IMG/VR virus record: IMGVR_UViG_3300021425_002620
DNA: 64,000 nucleotides
From: a virus
Taxonomy: Duplodnaviria; Caudoviricetes
Direction: 5' to 3' (one strand)
Each line of letters starts with the position of its first letter. Position 1 is the first letter of the stretch. Below are positions 1 through 12,000 of this stretch, piece after piece. Position numbers and translations under genes: made by a program. The notes beneath the pieces are model-generated. The model was not told the DNA's origin. It made no database searches and saw only the letters and a program-made list of their open reading frames with translations.

Positions 1-3000
1 GGAATTAAAGCATTTGATGTTGATAATAACGAAATACCACCTATTAATATAGAAGAAGGTACTATAGAATTTACAGTTCCGTTTAATGCACCAGAAAACT
101 TGTATTACGTTAGTAGTACAAGCATCAATACAAGTGGTTTTATTAAAGTTTTTGATATTGTTGAAAATACAAGTATCGACGTTAATGAAATTATTGGTAA
201 AAGATATTATAAAAGTGCTAATGGTGTAGAACTTTCTAATGGTTTAAAAATTAACTTTTTAGGTAATGTAACACCTGCAGAATATTCTAACAGTGAATAT
301 TATGTTGAAGGTGTCGGCGAGTCAATTCGTTTAGTCGATGAAAGAAATTTAGTTATTCCTGCGTCATATACTGGAGATGTATTAGTACCATTTGACTCTG
401 AACCATTTGACCGTAGACCATTTGGTAATGCTAGTGCATATGCTGGAACTAAAGATTATATTGTAGTTAACAGAGCTAGTTTAGATAGAAATGCATGGTC
501 GCGCTATAATAGATGGTTCCATAAAGATATAATAGAAAAAAGTGCAAAGTATAATAATCAAGAAGTTGTAATAGATTTAAGTGAACGTGCAAGTCGTCCA
601 ATTATTGAATTTGAAGCAGGGCTTAAATTATTTAATTATGGTATAAATTCAAAACACGATGTTGATCTAATTGATACAATTACAACAGATGCTTTTAGTA
701 CTATTGAAAAAACAACCGGGTATAATATTGACGGCGTGTCAATTGCAAACGGAATGCGTATTTTGTTTACAGCTGACACTGACAAACGTGTAAACAATAA
801 AATATATGAAGTTAAAATAATTAGATTTGATAATGAAAATGTTATTAGCTTGTTAGAAGTTGAAGATTCAGAACCAGTATTAAATGAAACTGTTCTAGTT
901 AAGAATGGAACAGATAATGCCGGACTAATTTATTATTTTAACGGAACAGGATGGCATTTAGCACAAGAAAAAACACAACCTAATCAGCCACCGTTGTTTG
1001 ATTTGTTTGACCATTCTGGTACTAGTTTTGCAGATACCATTCAATATCCCGACTCTACATTTAGAGGCACTAAAATCTTTAATTATAAAGTGAGCGAAGT
1101 TGAAGCACCTGATGCAGAATTAGGGTTTGGACTATCTTATAAAAACATTGAAAATTTAGGAGATATACTTTTTGAATTTCCTTTAGTTACTGAACAAATA
1201 CAATATAGCTTAGATAATCAAATTTTAACTTATAATTTAGAAGCAGGATTTTTAAAGAAATATAATTCTGTTACAGAATTTGTTTATCAAAATGGTTGGA
1301 CATCAGCTAATAAATTAAGTGAACAGGCTGCTATAATGCAGTATATTTCGCTTGGCACTGACAATGAAGAATTTGACATTAATGTTTTTACAAGCATTCA
1401 TGATAGAATTATTGTTTTTGTTAATAATGATATCAAATATGAAAACACAGATTATACAATATCTGATGATAGAAAACTACAATTTACAAATAATTTAAAT
1501 GTTGATGATAATATTGTTATTAAATTATACAGCAAAGAAGCAATAGTAAATCCAAATGCATATTATGAAATTGCAAGTAACATAGAACGAAATCCGTTAA
1601 ATGAAAATCCAGATTCATTTACACTAGGTGAAGTTTTAGATCATGTAAACACAATACAAGAAAATTTAAGTATTTTAGAACAAAAACCTTTAAGAGATTA
1701 TGGAGATGTAGATCAGTATGGTAGAAGATTTGTTAAGCATAGTGGTCCTATTAACTTAGCACTATACCATGTTGTAGACAAAGAAGCAAATATTGTTAAA
1801 GCACTTAGATTTTCAAAAAATGAATATGCAAAATTTAAAAGACAGTTTTTACAAACTGCTTCAGATTTAGGATTTGACGGACCGGTTAAATTACATGTAG
1901 ATAAAGTTCTACAAAAAATGATGTCTGAAAAAACTGAAGGAATGCCATTTTATTTCTCAGATATGGCACCATACAGATCGGATAGTAGAATATCTTATGT
2001 AGTTCAGCCTAGTTCTAGTAAATTTTTTGCATTATCTAAACTATTTAATTTAGACTCATTGAGCGAGCAAGCCGTATTAGTTTATCACAACGGAAATCAA
2101 TTAATACACGATAAAGATTATGTTTTTACAGATGAAGGGTTTGTAAAAATTAATATTGATTTAGTCAACGGTGACGAAATTGATATTTACGAATATGAAT
2201 CTACAGACGGGTGTTATATTCCTGCAACACCTACTAAGTTAGGATTGTACCCTGCTTATCATCCAGTAAAATATCTAGATACTACAACAGCCCTTAACAG
2301 AGAAGTAATACAGGGCCACGATGGAAGTATTATAGTTGCATTTGGAGATTTTCGAGACAACTTAATTTTAGACTTAGAAAAACGAATTTTTAACAATATA
2401 AAACAAAAGTACAACAAAGATATTTTTGATATAAACGATTTTGTTGGCGGCGTTTCAAGGAATACTGGATTTACCAGGCAACAAATTAACAGTGCTATGG
2501 CAGCAGACTTTGTTCAGTGGAATGATATAGCAGGCGGCCTTGATTATTCTAATATTGATTTTTGGACGCAAACTAACAGATTTACATTTAATTTTGCTTC
2601 TATGAATGCACCAACTGGAGCAACCTTACCAGGTTTTTGGAGAGGTGTATATAAAGAAGCATACGATACAGATCGTCCTCATACACATCCTTGGGAAATG
2701 CTAGGGTTTACAATAGAACCAACTTGGTGGGTTGAAGTATATGGCCCAGCACCTTATACTAACTCAAATTTAGTAATGTGGGAAGATATAGAAAAAGGTA
2801 TTATTAAAAATCCTAATTCACAACCTGTTGTCGAATCTAAATATAAAAGACCGGGATTGTTAAATAACCTTCCTGTGGATAGCCAGGGTCGACTGGTTGA
2901 TCCTTTAACTAGTAACTATGCTAAAAATTATATACAATCAAACACTAGAAATCAATTTACTTATGGCGATCATAGTCCAGTTGAAACGGCATGGAGACAA

Positions 3001-6000
3001 AGTTCAGAATATCCGTTTGCGTTAATTACATCTTGGATACTTAATCAACCTGCAAAAGTGCTAGGTATTGGTTATGATATTTCAAGAATTAAACGTAACT
3101 TAGTAGGACATTTAGTGTATACTGAAAGTAATACACCAATAAGAACTACAGATTTAGTATTTCCAAATACGTATAATGATAACGAGAGAGTATTAAGTAG
3201 CGGCTTAGTTAACTATGTTTACAACTATCTAGCAACTAATATCGATGTTACATGGAAATCATATATTGAAAACATAAAATTAATTGACAATAAACTTTCT
3301 ATTAAAGTTGGCGGTTATACAGAAAAAGAAAAATTTAAATTAATATTAGATTCAAGAACACCTTTAAATGAAGGTAATGTTTTTGTACCCGAAGAAAATT
3401 ATCAAATAATTTTAAACAAGAGTGCTCCAGTTACAACAGCAGTATTAAGTGGTGTAATTGTTGAAAAACGAGCTAATGGTTGGTCAATTTCTGGATACGA
3501 TAAAGAAAAAGCCTCTTTTGATTATTTCGAGCCTATTATTAGATCAACAGATCCTGTTATTAATGTTGGCGGAATAAGCGAAGAGTTTGTTGACTGGAAT
3601 TCTGGTAAACAATATGTTAAATCTCAAAATGTGCGTTTAGACGGATTTTTCTATAGATGTACAAGCAGTCATATTAGCGGAGCAACAATTGATCTTGATA
3701 AATTTGTTAAAATAGCAGAGTTGCCATTAGTTGGCGGTCGCGATGGTGTGCTAAGAAGAGCGTTTAGTTCTCGTGTATTAAATTACCCTTATGGCACAAC
3801 ATTAACAACAGTCCAAGATGTAGTAGACTTTTTATTGGGTTATGAAGCGTACTTAAAAGATCAAGGATTTATTTTTGATTATTTCAATAAAGAAACTGGT
3901 TCGATTGAAGATTGGACATTTAGTGTCAAAGAGTTTTTATTCTGGACTACACAAAATTGGGCCGTTAATAGTGTACTTACATTATCGCCTGGAGCACAGC
4001 AATTTAAGTTTTATAAAGACTTTACAGTTGTTGATGATATCTTTGATAAGTTCTATAATTATAGTGTAGTAAAAGCAGATGGCAAAAATTTACAAAGAAA
4101 CTTTACATCTATCGCTAGAGATTCAGAAAATCAATTTGGTTTATCGGTAAAAAATTCTGAAGATGGTATCTATGGTGTTAGACTACCTCTTGTACAAATT
4201 GAACATGTTATTTTGTTAGATAATGAAACAGTATTTAATGATGTAATTTATGATAGACCTGCTGGATATCGCCAAGAAAGAATTAAAGTCACGGGATATA
4301 GAAGTGACAATTGGACCGGCGGATTAAACATACCTGGATTTATTTACGATGAAGCAAAAGTAACTGATTGGGAATCTTGGAAAGATTATAGTGTAGGTTC
4401 TTTAGTTAAGTATAAAGAGTTTTATTATGTTTCAAAGACAGACTTAGCAGGCGTTGAAAATTTTGTTCCTGAAGATTGGGAGCGTTTAGACGAAAGACCA
4501 CAATCAAGACTTATTCCTAACTTTGACTATAGATCAATACAGTTTGCTGATTTTTACGATTTAGATAGTGACAATTTTGATGTTGAACAACAGAAACATG
4601 CACAGCATTTGATAGGATATCAAAAACGTCAATATCTTTCTAATATTATCAATGATGATGTAAGTCAATATAAATTCTATCAAGGTTTTATTCAAGATAA
4701 AGGTACAACCAATGCACTAACAAAACTTTTTGATGCACTTGGCAGCGACAACAAAGACAGTTTAGAGTTTTTTGAAGAATGGGCATTAAGAACTGGCCAG
4801 TATGGTGCTGTTGATAGTTACGAAGAAGTTGAATATATTATAGATGAAAATCAATTAAAAGTACAACCTCAAACAGTAGAATTAGTAAATGACTTAACTA
4901 TTGACGATACTAATCTTACACTTAAAATTTTACCTTATCAAGTTAATGCAAGACCGTCAGATTATAATCATAAACCTTTCCCAATAGTAGACAACTACTA
5001 CAAAGAAGTTAAAGACTCTGGTTATATAAACGAAGATGATATTGCATTTACTATAGAAAATCTTGAAGATATTTTAACTGCTGATGTGAATAGAATATCT
5101 TCAAATCAATACATTTGGGTTACTGGTAGAGATCAAGACTGGGACGTATTACAGCACGTAGTATCAGATTATAAAGTTGTTGGCATCGAAGGGTTTGCAG
5201 AAAGTGCAGATGCTATTGATACAAATGCTAATCCGTTAGCAACTATTACATTAACTAAGGCAACTAATTTTAAAGTTGGAGACGTTATTGGTGTTAGAAG
5301 TTTGGGTCGAGGAAATGATGGTTTTTATCAAATTGAAGGATTGCGTAATAACAAATTAGATGTTAGAACAGGGATTACACAAACTATACAGAACATCGAC
5401 GACGAAAGCGGCAACGGTTACTTAACAATATTACGCAGTGTTCGTGCTACGAATATTCAAGATGCAAATCTAATTATTGAAAAAGATTTAAGGCATGATC
5501 AAAAATTGTGGATTGACGGAACTAATAATAAATGGTCTGTGTTACAGAAACAAGAAAGTTTCTTAGATTTCAAAGAATATTATGTTAAAGACGACGATCT
5601 TGCTGTAAAAAATTCTTATGGTAACTCGATAGCAGTTTCTGCAGAAAATGCAAACATTGCAATAGGTAACTCTGTAGCAAATAATGGTGTAGTTGAACTT
5701 TGGCAACGACCTACTTATAAGAGCGAATTTAAGGTATTAAATGTTTTAAAACCTGATCTTACTACAGCACCAATGGACCCAGGACAAGGCTTTGGCGAAA
5801 GCATTGCAATGTCGCCAGATGGTAAAATTTTAGTAGTAGGTTCACCGAATGCAAGTAATGTTTCAGGACATTACAGAGGATTATGGGACCAAGATACAGC
5901 TTATGAAGGCCATGATATTGTTTCGTATCAAGAAAACTTTTGGCGAGCAGTAAGAGATGTTCCAGCAACAGAAACCGCACTGGTATATAGTACTTTTGAT

Positions 6001-9000
6001 AGTTATGGTACAATTGAAGCAGCAGCAACCGCAGCAGGTTTCATTACAAAAGCCACCGAAGAAAATACTGGAACTCCGTTAGAAGACATTGGAGATGTTA
6101 CTTTACTATTACAAGGCCAGCCTTATTTTCCAAATCAAGTAGTTGACCATTTACTAGTAAGGGCTCCGTATGATCAATATCGTGCATCTAAGCCAACCGA
6201 TAACATAGTACTAAAATGGAACCTTTACACAAATTTAAATAGAGCATCTGAAGGCAGTCCAATAGAAGTTTGGCCTAACGGATTAAATGTTACTAACCCA
6301 GAAGAAGGGTATACTATTCCTAACTCTACTTTTATTAATGGCGGATTTACAGGAAACGGCAAACATGAAATTTTAGCAAAAGTTGATTATGTATTGTACC
6401 TAACAGCATTTAATAATCCTCCTTCAATTGGAGATACAATTACAAACGATCAAGGCGCAGCAATTATTGAGTCGGTATTTATTTTACAAGACAAAATGTT
6501 GTTGTATGTAAAAGACACAAATGGTATTTTCCCTAAAACTGCTGAAATTAGAAATAGTGATGAAGATGTAATAGGAGAATATACACAACCTAATTACGAG
6601 TTTATAAACCAACTTGGCGGCTTTTGGAAAATACAAACACAAGAATATATTAATGCAGATGAATTTAGTGATTTAAAATCATTTGGTACACCTGCATATG
6701 GTTTAATTTATCAAGACTTGATAGTTAGTGATGATTTAAGAGATACCAAATACTATTATAATAGTTTAGATTTTGTTTTTCCTAATAATACTAATAGATA
6801 TCTTTCATATATCACAACATTGTCACATAGAGGTTTAGAATATAGCGAAAACCCACAAGACTTTTTTGATAGTCGTTGGCTTGTAAGATTACCGAAAGCC
6901 CTTGACAGTGTTTCAGTCGGTTCAAATATAAGAGTTTATATAGAGCCTCAAAATCCTCAGTATGATTTTGAATTAGCAAGTTTGCACGTAGGTTCTGTTG
7001 TTGCAGATATTAATTCAGACCCTCACGAAATACTTGATTTATGGGATGGCTGGATAGATTTTATACAGATTGACCGTCAACCAGTAGGTGTTGACACTGA
7101 CAGTGACGGACAGTTTCAAGACTTTTTTGAACCATTAGTAGGAAGTGTAATTGAAGATCAGTTTACTGGAGCATCAGCAGAAGTAACCTATTACTTAAAT
7201 AGAAACGTAAACAAGGCTCGTGCTTATATTAAAAATAAAACAGGTAACTTTAGTATAGGAAGTTCGCTAATACTTAATACTATTGAAAACGGAAACCCAA
7301 ATCAGCGTAGAATGGGTGAAATACAAGCAGTATCAACTATCGGTCCTGATACTGGTAGACTAGCAGTACTTGAACATCCGTCGTCAAATAATTTTCCAAT
7401 ACATCCAAATAGTTACGGCGGCCTTGCAGAATTTTCAGATTTAAATGTATTTGCACTTGCAAATAAAGAATATTGGGTTTATGAAGAAGACCAGACCGAA
7501 ACAGGTAGAGATTTACCTGCTAGTGTTCCTTCGGTACTTAATAATGATTGGAATCTAGTGTATAACGCACCAGTTGACAACGAAGGTACATTAAAGAATA
7601 TAACAAACGAAGGTGCATATTCAATCTACACAAGAACTGACTCTTCTTGGAATCTAGTTAGTACCTACACAATTCCAGGCAGTGCTACAGGCCTTGTAGG
7701 TCAGCGTGTAGGACAAAAAGTTGCAATAGCACAAGACGGAGAACTATATAGAATTTATATCGGTTCTAAAGATAAAGTTTATCTGTTAAAACACGGAACT
7801 GATAAAGACGGAAACACATATAATTATGCTCTTGATAAAGATCAAAGATATAGAGGTGCTTGGTCATCTACTGAAAGTTATTTAATAGGCGATATAGTCA
7901 TTTATAATAGCGAGCTTTATCAAGCGCGAACATTTATCTTAAATGTTGTGCCTACTTTTAGAGACAAGTGGCAAAAAATTGATTATAGAATAAATTATTT
8001 AAGTCATATTCCAAATGATCATCCTTTATATAGCGGTGCTATAGATAATCCAGATGCGTTATTTGATCCGTTAGGCGAAAATGTAATAGATTTTACTAGA
8101 GATCTAGCAGTAAGTCAAAATGGAGAAGTAATAGTAATTTCAGTTGAAACTGACACTACTATTGATGCTGATAACAAAGTATTAATTTATAGGTTAGAAG
8201 ATACTAGATATGTATATCATCAGCAAATAGTTGCACCTACTTCGGGAAGTAACTGGGGTATATCAATAGATATATCTAAAGACGGCAATACTCTTATAAT
8301 TGGCGAACCCGGAAATGATGAAGATGGTTTTGATACTGGTAAAGTATACATTTACACACTAGATCCAAATGGAAATCATTTTGTACTAAAACAAACAATA
8401 TCAGGACCAGGTACAGAACTTGCCGATCAGTTTGGTTATGCAGTGTCTTTGTCTGATGAATATTTAGCAGTGTCTAGTTTTAACGGTAATATTAAAGTTG
8501 AAACAAGATTTGACAGATACCAAGATCCAATTGATTTAGGATCTTATGTATTAGACGAAAACAGTGCCGAAACTACGCAAACTACATTTGACGACGGCTT
8601 TACTACATTCTTGTCAGATCATGTAAACAGTGGCAGCGTCACATTGTATCAAGATATAGAAGGACACTGGTTACAAGCAGAACAGTTAGAGTATATTGGT
8701 ACTAGCGATGTTGACGGCGGCTCAAGATTTGCAAGATCGTTGTTAATGAACGAAAATAATGTGTATGTTGGACTTCCAACTAATCCAACAATAGGCGCCG
8801 GATCTACAAATCCGGGATCGTTCTTAGACTATGTAATGGAGAAAGGCACACATTCTTGGTCTGTAGTTAGATCTCCACAGCCTGTTGTTGACGTAAACAA
8901 GATTAAACATGCATTTTTGTATAACATTAAAACTAATCAACTAGTAACTTACTTAGACTTTGTCGATCCTATTCAAGGAAAGATAGTAGGCGAAGCAGAT

Positions 9001-12000
9001 CAAGAAATATCTTGGAAGTCTTATATTGACCTAGCACGATATAATGCTACAAACTTCCCAGAGTTCTTTAGCGAAACTAATAATTGGGAAGAACAAAATG
9101 TAGGAAAAGTTTGGTGGGATATTAGTACAGCAAGATTCAAAGATGCATATCACGGTGATGCAGTATTACAAGCCAATAATTGGAATACACTAGTGCCTGG
9201 GTATAGTGTCGATGTTTATGAATGGGTAGAAAGTGAAGTTATACCTAGCGAATGGGATAGTTTAGCAGATACGCCTGTAGGGTTAAATAGAGGAATTAGT
9301 GGTAAAAGTAAATATGGTGATGATGCATATTCTGTTAAACTAGTATATAATCAAGAAACAGGTGCGTTTAGCGAAAGATATTTCTTCTGGGTTAAAGATA
9401 AATTTACATTACCTGCAAAAGAAAATAGATCTAAAACAGTAAGTGATATTGCTAAACTAATTGCTGATCCAAGGGGACAAGGATATCGATACGTAACACT
9501 TCTAAGTAATGATAGATTTGCACTATATAATTGCGAAAGTCTTATTTCGGATAAAGATGTTGCTCTTAATATTGGTTATTATACGTCTGATGCTGAAGTT
9601 AAAAATATTCACTTTGAGTATCAAATATTGTCAGAAGGACTTGAAACAAGCCTGCCAAAATCAGATCTTGAAAGAAAGTGGATACACAGTTTAGTCGGCT
9701 ATGATGACAGAGGACGAGAAGTTCCAGATCTTACACTGCCTTTAAAACAACGTTATGGAACATTGTTTAAACCACGTCAATCTTGGTTTGTTAATAGGCA
9801 AGAAGCATTAAAAGAAGTAGTTGAACGTGCAAATATTGTTTTAAGAAACAATGTTATTGTAGATGATTTTGACCTTACCTTACTCAACGCAAAAGAAGAA
9901 GTGCCGTTAGTATCTACAAGATTGTATGATAGAATTGTAGATACTGAATTAGATTTACAATTCTTAGGTACTGCTAAAGTTGAAACTGCTGTATTAACTC
10001 CTATTGTTTCAGATAACGGATCTGTTAGAAGAGTTGCAATCCAAAATTCAGGCAGAGGTTATAATGACTTAACATTTGTTCCAACTACAAGTACAAAAAG
10101 AAATGGCCCAAGTTATACAATAATTGGTGATGGAACAGATCTTGATCTAGATATTACTATTAATAATTTAGGTCAAATTACAAAAGTTGATATTATAAAT
10201 GCAGGACAAAATTTTACTAGCAATACACAAATTGTTGTAAGACCATTGAGTGTACTGGTACGTTCTGATTCAACAGCAGATGGCCGCTGGGCAATTTATC
10301 ACTATGATACACAAGATGATGTTACTCCTTGGAAACGTATCCAAGTCCAAAGTTTTGATACTTCGTTATATTGGGATTATGAAGATTGGTATGCCGATGG
10401 TTATAACCAATTTACACAGGTAGATTTCTTAGTTGATCAAAGCTATCAGCTTTACAGTTTAGATGACGAAATTGGTGATATTATTAAAATAAAAGAAATT
10501 GGAACAGCGGGTTGGTTATTGCTTAAAAAAGTAGATAATACTGGTGATAGAGATTACACTTTTGACTATGAAACAATTGGTAGAGAAAATGGTACTATCC
10601 AGTTTAATAATAAAATATATAACAAAAACTCTAGTTTTGTAGGATTTGACAATTACCCTTACGATGGTAATTTTTATGATACAGAGCCTGTTGAAGAAAC
10701 AAGAAATATCTTATCTGCATTAAAAGATAATTTATTTATTGATAATTTAGCTGTACATTATAACGAATTATTCTTTGCAAGTGTACGATATGTACTAAGT
10801 GAACAATTAAATGTTGATTGGGTATTTAAAACTAGTTTTGTAAAAGCAAAACATAATGTTGGAGAATTAGAACAAAAAATAACTTATCAAAATGATAGTC
10901 TACCTAGTTATAATGATTATATTAATGAAGTAAAACCATATTCAACTAGTATTAGAGAATATTTAAGTTCTTATGAAAAAACAGATAATACACGTACACT
11001 AGTTAGTGATTTTGACGTTCCTCCATACTATGACAGAGATACTAAAAAGATTACTCCTGCAAAAGTAACTGTTATAGATGATGAACTAGTAATTTATGAT
11101 GATAGATTTGACGAATATCCTGACAAAAATTGGAAAGATAATGTTGGTTACAAAGTAACATCAGTTAACATTTTTGATCCTGGTGCAGGATATACTGTAG
11201 CCCCAACTATTACGTTTGTTGGCGGAGGTGGCACTGGTGCAAAAGCAAAAGCCTACATTGGTGCTGGCAAAATTAGATCTATTGAAATAACTGATCCCGG
11301 TACTGGATACATAAGTGCTCCTGAAATTATACTATCTGGTTCTGTATCAAATAACGGCCGCTCTGGTTCATTAAATGCAGTAATAGGAGATACAGTAGTA
11401 AGATCAATGAATGTCAATGTTAAATTTGACAGAGTATCTGGTCAATTTTTTGTAATTGACTTACCAGAAACACAGCAGTTTACAGGTACCGGAGCAAAAA
11501 CTAAATTTGATTTAAAATGGCCAATGGATCTTAGAAACAATAAGATTCAAGTGTTTATTAATGATGAAAAAGCACTTAGAAATGATTATGTATACTTAAA
11601 CGTTACTAATAACGACCTTTCTTATACAAGACAGCTAGGGCAAATTGCATTTGTAAGACCTCCAGAATTAGATTCTGTAATAAGAATTGAATATTTTAAA
11701 GATCCTGCTATGCTATCAGCCCAGGATAGGATTAAACATAGGTACTATCCTACAGAAGGAATGCCGGGTGTTGACCTAGGACAACTAATGTCTGGTGTTG
11801 ACTATGGCGGCGTTGAAGTTAGAAGTTTTGACTTTGATGGTCCTGCAGGTTGGGACACAGACGAATGGTATACATCAACTTGGGACACTTATGATAATAC
11901 CTTTGAAGACCAACTTTTTGTTGCAGATGGTTCAACAACAGTTATTGAACTTGAAACACCATTAGAAAAAGATGTAATTTATAATATCTATAGAAACGGT

